A stretch of 64,000 bases of DNA from the human T2T-CHM13v2.0 reference genome, Homo sapiens, in the NCBI RefSeq assembly GCF_009914755.1, contig NC_060934.1, one strand, 5' to 3'. This document shows, one piece after another, positions 45,485 through 61,340 of the stretch. A model generated the notes under the pieces. It did not search any database. It had not been told where the DNA came from and was given only the letters and a program-made list of their open reading frames with translations. Position numbers and translations under genes: made by a program. Positions within the stretch are counted from its first letter, which is position 1; the number at the start of each line of letters is the position of its first letter.

Positions 45485-45808
45485 CAGGCAAATCTCAGAG
45501 ATATTGCAGGTTTGGCTCCAGAACACTACAATAAAGTAAATATCACAATAAAATGAGTCACATACATTTTTTGGCTTCCTTGTGCATATATAAGTTATAT
45601 TTACACCACACTGTAGTCAATTAAGTGTGCAATACCATTATGCCTTTAAAAAGTACATATCTTAATTTTAAAATACTGTATTGCTAAAAATTGCTGACAA
45701 AGTGAGCACATAATGTTGGAGAAGGGTCTGCATAAATCTTCACTTGGTAAAATATGAATTATCTCTGAAATTCAATAAAGCAAAATACAATACAATAAAG
45801 TATGCCTG
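45485..45808 (-). mobile_element. Internally deleted Tigger1
   Basis: TA|caggcaaatctcagagatattgcaggtttgg ... aataaagtatgcctg|TA; both termini present. Confidence 0.88.
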
Positions 45809-47321
45809 TAAGTGGCCTGCAGTAACAGTCAATAAATGTGGTTGTCATTCTTATTAAGACAAGATTTCTGCCTTTATGAACTTTCGTTAAGTAGGCTCTA
45901 GACATTAATCAAATAATTATGAATATAATGAATGCTGCTTCCAATGGGGAAGAAGAGTGCTGTGTCCTCATGGGACATTATAGGGCTCAAGAGAGCTGCA
46001 AACTAACCTTCCTCTGCACACACTTGAAGCCCATTATTCAATAAGGGAATCAACAGCTGGATGTCTAACATGTAAAATTTATATGGAAAATATACCTCAT
46101 ACCTGTAGACAAATGTACTTTTTAATACTTAATTCTGGAATGAGATGGACTTAATCAACCCATCTCAGGCTCCTCTGGACCCAGGCAAGAAGCTCTGGAA
46201 GCCCCTGTGGCTTTGAGGAGCAGAAACAGAAGCTCCTTCCTGCAGGCAGCTCATTCCTAGGAAGAGGGGAAGAGAACAGCATCCATGTTTACATCCCTTC
46301 CATACTCACCAAGTGGATGCTCCTGCCCTAGCAGGAAGCAGTGAGGCAGGGGTGAGGAAGACAGTGGAGACATGCCTAGAGTGTTGGCCTCATGGGGAGA
46401 ACATCTCACCATTGCTTAATTCATTTCACTTAGCCCTTAAGAGGATCCTGAAAGGATGTGGGCAGAGCAAATCATCTTGGTTTCAGCACCTGGAACACAG
46501 TTAGTCTCAAGTCTCTAAACTGGGATCATCAAATAAATCAGAGCTGTCCTACCAAGAGGTTAATTCGGGCACCATGTTACCACATCTGGCAGGGAGCCAA
46601 TGTGTGATTGACAGTAGGCTCTAACAGTGTGGGGGTTCTCGCTCCCCACAGGCAGCATTTTCAGTTTTGTGCTATGATGGCTTCCACAGCCTCTCACAGG
46701 GAATTGCTCAGAACTAGGAAGGTGGCTTCCTCAGGGATGTGTCCTCCTTCACCCATAGCTAACTAATCCAGTGTCCACTGGCGGCTCAGGATGGAGACTA
46801 GCACTTGAGCACATGAACCTAATGTAAAGCCTCCACGCCTCCTTCCTTGGCACATAATGGAGAATGCAATGGGCGGGGGGCAGCAGCTCTGTCCCTGACC
46901 AGCTGGCCCTGGCTTAAACCGTGTGGGGCAAATCTCACTAACACAGGGAACATTGCAATGGTCTTATAGTTTAAAACTAGCAAATCTTGTTTGATCCCTG
47001 AAAGGCCCTGTAGTTGGAAAGCCTTTTTTCACCCCCTGTAGTCAAATCTCTGCCTCTGCCTCTGTTCCCTGCTTAGGAAAAGATGAGCCAGTGCCACCCA
47101 AAATCAGCACTCTAACCAGCTCCATGCCCATTTTGCAGTAAGGCTACCAGGAATCATTCCTATGTGATCAAAGTTGCCACAAACTGCAATATTGTTTAAG
47201 GTAACAATTTTCCTTGACCAGTCCCTGCAGTCCACACCACCACTGTGCACCAGCTACTTGTGCCAATGCCAGTCGCTGTGAACCATAAGGTCAAAATGCT
47301 CTGGGACCAATAAAGTCTTAA

Positions 47322-47645
<324 letters not shown>

Positions 47646-48129
47646 TGATTTGTTTCGAAAACGTGTACTTCTTAGTGTGTCTCAATGCTCTTAGTCAATG
47701 CATGAGGAAGAAAGTATCAGAGGGGAAGGAGCTGCCCCACTAACACAGAGGGCATCACAGAGCTGGAAGAGCTCGCTAAAGCACCCAACAGCAGGGGCAA
47801 ATCTGGCAGCTACGTCACCCCAAAGGATCTCAGTCCCAGTTCATCAACCCCTCGGCTAGAGAGGAACAGGGAATGGAAGGAAATAGCTCCTCTCATTCAG
47901 ATGCTAGGTCCAGCGGCTGGGCCTTTAATCTATTTCTCTATTATACATAGTCACCTATATATCTGTGGCATTCAATAATCATTATCATTGCAATAACTAG
48001 TTTAAGGATGCCATCTTGAAATAACCGACTCCTGGAATGCCATTTCAGCTTCAAGACCAATAGAGAGCTAAATCGAGTGGTATTTCTGAGTTGACAAAAG
48101 AAAAATTTAATTAAAACTATAAGTGACCT

Positions 48130-48280
48130 TCAAATGTCAGAAGTAAATAAAACGATAACAACTACATTTTTGACAGCTGTCACCAGCTAATGGGAATGCC
48201 ATAAAAACTCATGATCAGGGAGCACTGGCATATCCAATGTGTTCTGGACTCATCACCATAAATTTTGTCAGATAAATGCT
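48130..48280. promoter_or_regulatory. Candidate developmental enhancer (TALE/HOX/FOX motif cluster)
   Basis: TGACAGCTGTCA at 48171-48182, GCCATAAAA at 48198-48206, CCATAAAT at 48256, GTAAATAA at 48143 and extra TGTCA sites, in TE-free sequence. Confidence 0.45.
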
Positions 48281-49551
48281 CAACCCCATAATAATCTTAC
48301 ATCAATGCACTGAATTAGCCTCAGCTACACTGATAGAAAGACAGGTAGGGTAAGGGATCATCTCCATAACAATGACATCCTCCCATGCTGACAAATAGCT
48401 GGAAGAATGGCAATCATTTGCATAAAAGGAAAAGCAAAGAACTTCAACAGACACGATAACGGAGTCTCATGCCATTTGCATTCTGTGACCTTCCTTCTTT
48501 TTTAATTTGGGGTGTTTTTTTTCTGATGTGCTCAGATTATTTCACATACGCTCACATGCACACACACGTATGTGAATAAAGGAAAATACAACTCATACAG
48601 GCTTCTCCCTCTAAAGGAGGGAAGATATATCTGTGCTAGCATGTACAAGGTCAGCTGTTTTAAAACATGCTGGTATCTGGACATGAAGAATTTTAAACCT
48701 TCCAGCTGATCCAGCTGGACGGTGACTGGCTTTGCTGGTGAGGAGTCACAGAGACGCTCAACAGGATTGAGACTGCTAATTGATTTTGCCACTTTGTTGA
48801 ATACAGCAAACCCTCCTGCCTCACAGTTTCTCAATTTCAAGTATTTTCTTGCATAACACTAAAGCAATGCTATAAGGAATACTAACAAATATGGCCATCA
48901 TGCAGACACGTTGCCCAAACTTGTACTTGTTTTATAAATATTTTATAAGAATAAATTAAATGTTTGAGGAAAATATTGAAAACATTTTCCACCAAAAGGA
49001 GAAAAACAAATAGTTCCGACATTAAATATAGTGTGTTATTTAAAATAATTGTTGATAATTTCAAGCTGATACATATAAGAACATAGTATCCATATAAATA
49101 GTATGCATGATACTTTGGATTATAATAATCTGTAGAAGTAACACTGGGGCTTAGACCAATCGTCCAGTCCAGTGTGGCCTCTATTTTCCATAGACATGCA
49201 AGCTACAAATTGTTTTTACACTTTTAAATGATATGTATCTTCCTACACAGCACCTTACACTTTGCCTCTAGGTTGTCAAAGCCTAAAATATTTGCCATCT
49301 AGCTCTTGACTGAACAATATTGCTGACTTCTCTGATGAAGAACAAATAATTGTACACAAACATGAAATCAAATTCTGCATGCAAGTGGTTTCAGTGTCTA
49401 GTGTGTAGGGCAAATGGTCCCTAATGTGTGCATATAAATCCCTTGGAAAACAGACATCTCAGTCCTAGCCTAATACACATCAGGACATTAAGGGTCTTCA
49501 TCTGATATGAAGGGTCCTAGTGAGACCTTAAGGGTCATGCCATATGCATAA

Positions 49552-50138
<587 letters not shown>

Positions 50139-50851
50139 TTATGTATTTTTGACTTTTTCTTATGATGTTGACCATTACAAAAATATCTCTTTTTTTTGGT
50201 GAAGTTAGAGTGAACTGAGTTTGGGCTTCCACCTCTGCACTTTTCTAACATGCCAAGAATATCTTTATCATCACATTTGCCACGTTGATCTGTCACTGTT
50301 TTCATCTTTGCCGTCGGCTGGGATGCTTGAAGGAGAGGCCCGTGACTCATCGCGTTCTGTCACTTTGGTGCCTGGAATACGGTAACCACTCAATAAATAT
50401 TAATTGCCATTATAATGATTACCATTGCTGTTATCAGTGTTATTCTTCTCCACTGTAGCGTAATACTTGCTATGATCCAGATCAGGTTTTTGAAGCAACT
50501 TCACGCTTGGCATTTCAGGGACAGAATCATTTAGAAGCAAACACATATTTTAGCCTGCTTTAAAACAAAAGAAAAAGGGCATGCTTCTTCTGTGCTTGTC
50601 CGGAAGGCAAAAAACATTGAAGCTCCAAAGTTTTCTGAAGAAACAACTGCAGACAAAGACCTTGCTACAATCCGATTTGATTAGTGTTGACATTAGCTAG
50701 AGGGGAAGACCGACGATGAGACCAGGGAGTGAAATACAAGTTTGGCCTGGTGCTTCCCTAATAATATGCAGTTAGAGCTATGCCCTATGAAGACCATTAA
50801 ATAAGACTTGGCTAAAAATACTTTCAGGTAGTACTTGCTTTCATGCACTAA

Positions 50852-51215
<364 letters not shown>

Positions 51216-51329
51216 CAACAATAATATTTTTATTTTCATTGCCTAAAACAAGCAGTCCAGGTAGATTGTACTCACCTGCATCTAAGAAAGTCAGTATAAA
51301 TATTTACTTAAGTTTCCTCCCCTCTCTGA

Positions 51330-51455
51330 GGGGAGGGAACTTAGAGGTTGGGTCAGGTGCCACAAACCACTATGGCACCTGTACGCCTGTGTAACAAACC
51401 TGCACGTTCTGCACATGTATCCCAGAACTTAAAGTAAAATTAAAAAAAAAAAAAA
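51330..51455 (+). mobile_element. Severely 5'-truncated L1PA 3' end with poly-A
   Basis: gtaacaaacctgcacgttctgcacatgtatcccagaacttaaagta followed by an A tail. Confidence 0.9.
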
Positions 51456-51474
51456 GAATAGCTTTTAGGTGGAT

Positions 51475-51543
51475 CGCAGTGCCTAGACCAGTGCCTAGCA
51501 TGCATAGTAGGGGCTTAATAATTATTTGTTGAATGAATGAATG
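51475..51543 (+). mobile_element. L2 3' end
   Basis: cagtgcctagaccagtgcctagcatgcatagtagggg...tttgttgaatgaatgaatg. Confidence 0.75.
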
Positions 51544-52689
51544 GAAAAATTACATCCCATCTGAAAATTTAAAAAAAATTCACTCTGGAAATTAGTTTTG
51601 AATGATATATAAACAAATAAGTTATAATCCCAGGTTTCTACTAAATTCAGAAAGAGTAGACACTTTTTTATTAGAATTATTGAGCGTAAGACCAGTAGAT
51701 TTTTTAAAATTAAAAACATGAAGATGAAAAGGCTGCTCCTTCTGGCATCAAATATATCTGGAAGAAGATATTAAGTGGCTACAAGGTTGGAAAAGAGAAA
51801 GAAAGTTAAGAAATAACTAACGTTTTGTATCTTCCTTGCAACAGCATGTGCTTTCCTCTGATTCTAAGGTGAAACCCTGAACCTGACGATTGGTTTCACT
51901 ACACTGATTGGATACAGGATCCAGCAGGTGAGGCTGTGGCTCCACCCTGCCCACCATGCTCCCAGCTAGAGCCCCACTAGGGACATGCTGATGCATTAGG
52001 CTATCCATGACGGCACCACTTACCTTGCAGCCTAATGTGGACTCAGAGTCCTTCTTCAGCCTCTGACACTCATTCATCTTGGGTCTAGAATTGACATAAG
52101 GCATTTGGTTATGATTTTAGCCACAAAAGCTAGTACAGGAGAGGAAGCAGACAGGAGACTAAAATTTATTATGAAGCCACTACATATGTACCAGGCAACT
52201 CTTAAATCCCAACCCCCCAGTGCTCATCCATAGTAACATAGATCTCTACATTGTGGTACGTGCACGCAATGGAATAGTATGAAGTGGTAAGCATGAATAC
52301 TCTGCCACTTCCTGGGCACAGAGAATGACACTCACAGGAGGGTCCAGAGAAACCAGTGCAGAAGGGTGCATACTGTAGCTCCGTTTACAAAAACAGGAAT
52401 ATGGACATCGTTACTCCATCCGTTAGATATTAGGTGGTGGTGAGGTGCCTTGCGGTGGGCATGCCTGGAAAGGGACATAAGAAATGCTTTTTGGCTGATA
52501 ATAATCTTTGTCTTGCTCTAGGGGCTGGTTACAAATGTTGTTCAGTTTGTGAAAGTTCTTTAAATGATACACTAAAAAAATGGTACAGTTGAATTCTCTC
52601 AATTTTTTATTATTTTCCTCCCCTCTTGTCCCTATAATAGGGACATCTGTCCCATTCTTGATCCTGTGGTTCACTTGCTGTCTTTAGGA

Positions 52690-55290
52690 GAGAAGATCTG
52701 CCACACAGATGCAGCACTTGGGCCACATGACTAGTTTGGTCATTGGAAGAGGGTCGGGTGTTATATAAATTCTGCTCATGTAGAAGACGTCCACATAATG
52801 GCCTGGCTTACTTGGCCTCTCTCCTCTTCTGCCTCCCTGCCACAAGATGGGTGAGATTCGGATCAGAATGCTCCTTTCCTGAAGTGCCAGAGCCCCACAA
52901 GAGCTGGGAACAGACCCACAATTTAGAGCAATCCACCAGTGAGCCGGGGCAGAGCCTTTGTCTGAAGCAGACCCATGGCCAACCCATGGCCCCCATGTAA
53001 AGTGAGTGATAAATACATATAGATGTTGTTGAATGCCACCAAGATTTAGGTGCTGTTTGATACCAGAGGAAAGCAACTTAATGTAAAAATTTGGTATTAT
53101 GAATAGGATACTGATAAAACAGAGAAGCTAAAATGTTGAGATTGGCTTCAGGGCCAGACAAAAGGCGGCAAAGAAACTATTATTAGAACCTAAACACTGA
53201 TAACCAGGCAACAGAAAAACATTTGGTAAAATTGTGGGTGCTAACCAGGAAGGTAGACACTATACCCAATTGACTTATGGATTTGGTTGAAGAGATTTTA
53301 AAAAGAGAATATTATTGCTACAATTGGTCTATATCAGCCATAGTAGTTAAGGTACTCCAAGAAATATGAGCTCAGAAAAGAAGAAGCCTATTTGCAAGAA
53401 GAGATACATGGAAAAGAAATTAGACTATTTGGAAATACTGGGAATTTCATAATTGGAAAATGAAATTATTTGTTATCTCCAATAAGAAAATAAAATTAAA
53501 TGAATTTGGGAATTTTTCGAGTCAAAAAGTCTGGCTAAGATTCAAATACAGACACAAGATTAAAGCAAAGAGCAATTCAAGGGTCTAGCTCTTGTATCTT
53601 TGTTTAAGCATCTTTGTTTGAGGTGGTCCTCAGGAAGTACTTTCCACTGGAAAAAGGCAGCTCAAGCATTACAGTCTTTGGAAGTCTGATAAAGTCAAGA
53701 AAACTATAATTCAGGGGAGAGAGATAGAGTCAGAAAGAATTATTGGAAAGAACTGTGATGGCAGACATTAGCACATAAAGCTGACTAGAATTGAACAAAT
53801 TGAAAGACAGAGTCGCACTGACAAAAACATGGTCATCCTTGATTAAACCACACTGCTGCTGTCTGAGCTCTAAATCAGGTGAATAAATCCTCTCAGCACC
53901 CACATAAGGCCTGTTCTCCAACATGCCCCTCAGATGTGCACAAGCAGAACGATGACAGCTGGGCCTCCACAAGGAACATTCTCCAGAGTGCTCCAGTATC
54001 AAGGAGCAAAGCCTTCAACATTTTCCCATCAGGAATTCATGAAGTTTCTGTGGAGCAGTAACTACAGTGGTTCCACTCTTTCCCCCTCTGAATGAGCATC
54101 TATTGTGGTTATTCTGGCTGTATTACGTCACTGTGTGCTGGGTCACAGGTAAGAAAGAGGATGCACAGAACTTGTCTATGTAGTTTATGGGTCCTCAGAT
54201 CAAGCAGAGCCACATCTGAACCCAGTGCAGTTATCAACATGAGATTTGGGTTTTAAGCCAGACACTGACTTTTAATTTAATGTGACTTTTGGGGTTTCTT
54301 CCTTTGGAGGAGTGCATTTAATTTGCAAGTGGAAAGGAAGTAAATATCTGTGATCAAGAAGGCAATGGTAGATTATAATATATTTCTTAAATATTCAATG
54401 ACTTTCTAAGAGGACTTTATATCCCATTACCATGTATAGTTGATTGTAATGAGTGGCCAGAAGATATTTGGTTTCCATCTGTTTATAGCCATCTACAGTG
54501 GGTCTAGCAGCTCCTCCCATCATTTCCCACAGTTCCTCTGGGATGAACCATGTGACTTCCCCGCTTAATTGAGCAATAGCAAGAACCACCCAAGCAGAGA
54601 TGTGAAAGGGACTTGAGCTTTGGGGCTGCCTTTTGTTGCTGTTTAAACTCTGTTCCCAAAAGAAGAAGCCCAAGCCAGCTTCCAGGGTGATGATAGTCCC
54701 CTGGTGTAGTAAATCCCTTGTCATATCTGACAGCCAACCAAACACTAGAAATCTCAGTGAGGCCACATGGAAATAGCCAGACATGCTAGACTGACCAACT
54801 GAATACATATGCAAGAACCAAGGTTGGCCAAGTTTTGCCTGGAGAAGAAGAACCCCCCAGCTGAGTCCAGCCAATTTGGCAACCTGAAGAGTAGGGAACT
54901 AAATGCATGGTTTTGTGTTAAGTTTGCTATGCAACAAAATCTACCTTAGTCACTATATTAGCTGCCCCTGTGGGTCAGTTGAATATACCTACCCCATGGA
55001 CTTTGGTCTGAGTTACACGGCTTGTTTTCACCAGTGGGATGAGGAGGACATGCCACATGAGTTTCTGTGCACTGACTCTACCTCTTTCTCCTTCTCCATC
55101 AAGAAAACCGGCCTGTCCTAGATCTAGGTCAGGGCTGCTTTTTTTTTTTTTTAGCCTAAGTCCCCAGATGAGAAGGCATGGAAGACCTAGAATGCAAAGC
55201 TGAGCCATAGTGAACCCATATTTCTCATGTAATATGAGAAATGAATGTTGTTAAACTTGAAATTTGGAGATTTTGTTACTTCTGCAAAGT
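52690..55290 (+). mobile_element. MLT1 (MaLR) LTR, internal sequence and further MLT1 LTR pieces
   Basis: LTR-like 52690-53075; internal-like sequence from aaaatttggtattatgaatagg to ~54360; LTR-like ~54440-54935 and ~54955-55290. Confidence 0.65.
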
Positions 55291-55344
55291 TAAGTGATAT
55301 ATCATTTTTTAGTAGGGAACATTATCTCTATTTTAAATTTTTAT

Positions 55345-55543
55345 GTATTTATTTTTAATTTTACTTTAAGTTCCAGGATACATGTGCAGAACTTGCAGGT
55401 TTGTTACGTAGGTGTATGTGTGCCATGGTGGTTTGCTGCACCTATTGACCTATCATCTAGGTTCCCTCACCTCGCCCCTCACCCCCTACCCCACAACACG
55501 CCCTAGTGTGCGCTGTTTCCCTCCCTGTGTCCATGTGCTCTCA
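55345..55543 (-). mobile_element. L1PA 3' end fragment
   Basis: tttaagttccaggatacatgtgcagaacttgcaggtttgttac. Confidence 0.9.
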
Positions 55544-55576
55544 TGGGGGAATACTACCTCTTTTATAACAGAAAGG

Positions 55577-55870
<294 letters not shown>

Positions 55871-57503
55871 AGAGAGAAGAAGTGGAGGCTCAGAGAAGTT
55901 AAGTAACAGACCTAAAATTATACAGCCGATGTGTAATAAAGCCAGGATTCATGTCCAGCTCTTTCTAACTCTAGAGAACATGGTTTTACCATCCACACCT
56001 AAAAAGACAACCTCATGAAAATTACATTGAAATTTATTGCACGGATGAATAAATGGGTAATTTTTTTAAGTCTTCTTATAGTTTGTGTCTGCATCTCACT
56101 CAGTTTTGAGCTCAAATCAGAGAATCAGTTAATTTTCTAGAAAAGTATCAAAAAATTTTAGGTTTCAGTGAAACTGGGGTTATACAGAATTTTTAACGTT
56201 TGAGGATCTTTTTTCAACCCAATAAGTCATCTATCGAGTTAATATACAGGAGAAACTTGCAGCCTTATCCCCCGCTGTCTGCCCCATTCCATTCTTGCTC
56301 CTCAAGCTTTTCTTTTGTGTATTAAAAAAATCACCTTCTCTAATTGTATTGTTTCTGAGAGTCATCAATATCAGGGCATTGACATAAATAAGATCAAAAG
56401 TGAAAACTGGAACTCCATTGGGTTACATGGAACAGCCCACTGCATTAAGCCTGTGTTGTGTGCTCTTGAGGCCCTCTTAACACATATCTATAAGGGTGAA
56501 TACTTTATTTTATTCTATTTGATTTTATTTTATTTCATTGTGTGAGTATTTCAAGGAAACCTGAGGGGAATTGGGCACAGAATAAAAGCTTTCTTGCCAA
56601 TATTAAGAAATCAAAAATGGTGAATGGACAATGGCTCAGTTTGATTCAGTGAACATGGATTGAGCAGCTGGGCCCCCACATTCCTTCACAAGGCCATTGT
56701 ACGAGACGTGGCTGGAGAAAATAACTCATTTTCCCTGCTCTTCAAAATGCTCCCAGTGTATGGAATAAGAGATGCCATGGCCGACACCTTGAACATAAGC
56801 TGTCAGTGCTGTTAATGCGTCTACACCCAGTGCTTTTCCTGCACGCCTGCCCCAGTGAAGGATGAGCCCTGAGTGAGCCTGGAACAGGTGGTAAGTGGAA
56901 TGCGGCAGGAACAAGATACGCGGGATTAAAATGTATAGACGATTTCCTCTCTTACTGGCCCTGAGGGTTACTGTGTGTCCTGGGGCACTGCCATTCTCTA
57001 GGAGTAGCTTTACCACAGCAACAGCAGTCCACAGGCCACTTTAATAAAGTTCTCGAAAAATCACAAAGCAACAACCAACAAATCAGCCCATTTGCCCCAA
57101 AAAATGCCCTGTGAAATGCAAAAATCTATTATTATTGTACTCATCCTACACTGCCTTCCAGATGAGGTTTTGATTAGCTGAATTCATGCAGTATGTGGTA
57201 GATAAACCATAGGGCCAGGCTTGCTGACCCTAAATATCACAGCAATTCAGCCACACCCTTCTGTGAACAAAGCAATTGAGACTGGACAATCGTGCCAGGC
57301 CTCCAGCAAAATCCTCACAAATTGCTTTTCGGGCTTTCTAATATTCAGTCAATGGCAATTATTTATTGAGAGCATACTCTATGCCAGCAACTGCTCTAAC
57401 GAGCAAACAGACAACCCCTTCCTTCACAGAGCTCACATCCTTATGAGGAAGCAGAAACCCAGTGACATAAGTAAGTAATACATGTACTATATGTATATAT
57501 ATA

Positions 57504-57784
57504 TTGAGAAGGAGTCTCGCCTTGTCACCAGCTGGAGTGCAGTGGCACGATCTCGGCTCACTGCAACCTCCGCCTCCTGGGTTCAAGCAATTCTCCTGCC
57601 TCAGCCTCCTGAGTAGCTGGGACTACAGGCGCCCAAGACCACGCCTAGTTAATTTTGGTATTTTTAGTAGAGATGGGGTTTCACTATGTTGGCCAGGATG
57701 GTCTCAATCTCTTGACCTCATGATCTGCCCACCTCGACCTCCCAAAGTGCTGGGAATACAGGCGTGAGCCTCCGCGCTCGGCCA
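57504..57784 (-). mobile_element. AluS with tail decayed to (TA)n
   Basis: Antisense Alu body; acatgta on both flanks. Confidence 0.92.
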
Positions 57785-58321
57785 CATGTATCATATTAAA
57801 TGTGATACATGTTCCATATGAAAACAGTACATGGTGAGATGATTGAGTTTTTGGTCATAGGTAGCTTTTTCTAGCTACCCAATGTGTGCATGTGAATGTG
57901 TATAATGTAGACAAATGTAAATGCATATTTATCTATCTCCCAGAGTCCAGTAACCTAGGAGATTTGATGACTAGGATTCCAGTTCAGGGGATTTTTTTCA
58001 TACTTTAAATATTTGTGCGCTACACAACTGATATATAAATCAAAGTCTTAGACAAATCTGAACAACTAATTTCTTAACATTTTTTGGTCCTGGAAGAAGA
58101 GACGCATGTAAACTTTAGTTTATTTTTCATTGCAACCACAGCTCTGGCTCAGGTAAGACATGCCCATCATTACAACATTCACCAGCATGAATTGCTTATT
58201 TCCTATAAAATACTCTGCAGTCAGGCCAGCCACCTTATTGACATGTTTCTGTTTCCACTTGAATAGGCTAAAAAGGGATTCCTTCTACAAGATCTAGAAA
58301 AAGTTGAGCAATTAAAATTCT

Positions 58322-58962
58322 CTTTATTTTATTTTACTTTAAGTTATGGGATACTTGTGCAGAACGTGCAGGTTTGTTACACAGGTATACATGTGCCATG
58401 GTGGTTTGCTGCACCTATCAACCCAACATCTAGGTTTGAAGCCCCGCATGCATTAGCTATTTGTCCTAATGCTCTCCCTCCCCTTACCGCCCACCTCCCA
58501 ATAGGCCCCAGTGTGTGATGTTCTCCTCCCTGTGTCCATGTGTTCTCATTATTCAATTCTAACTTATGAGTGAGAACATGCAGTGTTTGGTTTTCTGTTC
58601 CTGCGTTAGTTTGCTGAGAATGATGGCTTCCAGCTTTATCCATGTCACTGCAGAAGACATGAACTCATTCTTTTTTATGGCTGCATGGTATTCCATGGTG
58701 TGTATGTGCCACATTTTTTTTATCCAGTCTATCACTGATGGACATTTTGGTTAGTTCCAAGTCTTTGCTATTGTAAATAGTGCTGCAATAAACATATGAG
58801 TTCATGTGTCTTTATAGTAGAATGATTTATAATCTTTTCGGTATATAAACAGTAATGGGATTGCTGGGTTGAATGGTATCTCTGATTCTAGATCCTGAGG
58901 AATCACCACACTGTCTTCCACAATGGTGGAAATAATTTACACTCCCACCAACAGTGTAAGAA
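58322..58962 (-). mobile_element. L1PA 3' fragment
   Basis: gtgcagaacgtgcaggtttgttac...gagtgagaacatgcagtgtttggttttctgttcc...tttacactcccaccaacagtgtaa. Confidence 0.95.
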
Positions 58963-60451
58963 GAAACCATACATCTCCAGAGTAGAGTATAGCAGATGAA
59001 TCATCCTTAAAACATAGCAAATGCTTATATCCTCAAAAAGTAAAACACAGAGTCCCATCAGAAACTCTGCCGTGGGTGTACGGAACTTCAGTGAAGTCAA
59101 CCCTATCTTTTCTTCTCTTTTTCATTAGGTTTTTATGGGGCTGTGTTTGTGAAGAGACTACTGAGTGTTTTCAAGAGACAGAACTCTATCTTTATTTCAC
59201 ACAGAAGAGCAACTCTGGACTTTGTCTACACATAAAAATTACCTTGGAAGCTCTAAAAATTGCCAGGCAGGCAGATTAAACCCCATAATCCCCAGTTGAA
59301 AATTAGACAGCTGTGGTCTTCTAAGCTCTCCAGGTTAAGAGCCACTGACTTAAACCATTGGAAAATGATCATTTCCAAAGGCATGTAAAAGCTGAGTATT
59401 GCCCACAAAGCAGACACATGATTCAGATTTCTTTATCATCTACTTGCATTTATGTATATGCCATTTGGATTCCCCTGGAGGTATGGAATGTGTGACAATG
59501 GAAATTACCAGAGTAACTAGAATAGAATATCATTAGTAACCTCAGTTACCCCAGAGGCAGAGTGCACCTATATTCTATGTTCATGTTCACAGAAGGCATA
59601 TGTGGGTGTCTCCTATGTTCATATAAAGTATATGTCCTATATATGCCTTATATTCCAAAACAGCTTTGATTTCAAGTCATATGCTGTATTACTTCCTTAC
59701 AACCACCAATTACCCTGTATTTAATGTACTTAATATTTTTCTTCCACATTATTTCTTTTATCAAAAAATAAGCACGAAAATCCTGCTCTAGTCAAATCAG
59801 CATCTTAATTTGGGGTCCAGAAAGCATGATTACCACAACTAACCATCTTTATGAGGATGCATGAGCGAAGAAGAGATTTCAGACAATTTTGAAGGATGTA
59901 AGTTGAGATGGATTCAAGTTCTTTTTCATGGATATGAGAGCTCTTCTCTTTTTATTCCACAATCCAGGAAGGTCGTGATTAACCGTCACCTGCTGAAAGT
60001 GGTGCAGAATGAAGTCAGCCTTGCTATAGTGGCAGCAATTGTTGTTAGTAATTTGTAGCAGAGAAATCTAATTGGAGAGTTTCCTCTGAATGCTTACTAT
60101 TTGGAGAATTCAAGAGTCTGAGTCTAGGACCCTTGGCTCCAAGTGGCTAGACTGCATTGCTTTGACATTAAAGCCCAACAGGAACAACTTGGTTCTGCAA
60201 AGAAAAGGGGTGGGGAACAGATCACCTAAAAGCACTGATCTTATCATGCAGTTATCAACCATGTGAACTATATCCTAAAGGTCAGACAACACCAGAGGAC
60301 CTCTGGGCTATGACTTGACTAGGACTTGCATGCAAAACTTGAAACATAATTTGAGGTAGTATAACTTGACCTCTGCTCAGGAAAGGTCAAAGTCACAGAA
60401 TATCAACCCTGCAAGAGATTTCAGAGATGACCTTTCCAGTCCCTACTTTCC

Positions 60452-61173
60452 TTTTTTTCTTTTTTAATGATACATAACAATTGTTCATATTAAAGGCTGC
60501 ATATGATATTTCCATATTGTGATAAAATGTGAATCAAATTAGGATATTTAGAGTATCCATCACCTCAAACAGCATTTGTTTGTGTTATAATCATTTCGAA
60601 TATTATCTTCTGGATATTTTGGTGTATGCAGTACATTATTGTTAACGATAGTCACCCTACTATGCTATTGAACACCAGAACGTATTCCTCCCATCTAACT
60701 GAATGTTTGTACCCATTCACCAGCCTCTACTCTTCTCTGACCCCACACTTACCAGCGTCTGGTAACCACCGTTCTGTTCACTATTTCCACGAGATCAACT
60801 TTTTTAGTTCTCACATATGAGTGAGGACATGAGATATCTGTGTTTCTGGAGCTAGCTTATTTTAATATAATGACCTCCCGGTTCACCCATGTTGCTGCAA
60901 ATGACAGAATTTCGTTCTGTTTTTATGGCTGATTAGTAGTTCATTATGTATTTATGCCACATTTTCCCTATTCACTCATCCATTCACTCATTCATTCATT
61001 CATTCATGGACACTTGTGTTGATTCTGCATTTTCACGATTGGGAATACTGCTGTGATAAATGTACACGTGCAGGTCTCTTTTTAATAGAAGGATTTCTTT
61101 TCCTTCGGATAGATTCCAAGTAGTGGGATTGCTGGATTGAATGGTAGTTCTATTTAAGTTCTTTGAGAAATCT
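60452..61173 (-). mobile_element. L1MA 3' fragment containing (TTCA)n
   Basis: gtatccatcacctcaaac, gagatcaacttttttagttctcacatatgagtgag and gggattgctggattgaatggtagttctatt. Confidence 0.88.
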
Positions 61174-61340
61174 CTGCGGTTCAGATCCACAAAACCCAAA
61201 CTATTTGGAAAATATCAGCTTTGAAGCAGCAGTTCGGTCTTTCTGTTCAAGAAGCAAGCTGATCTTCCTTCATCAATTTCTTAGGTGGTGCCTTTGCAAG
61301 GGGCAATGAGAGGTGGACATAGAAGATATCAAGGGTCCCT

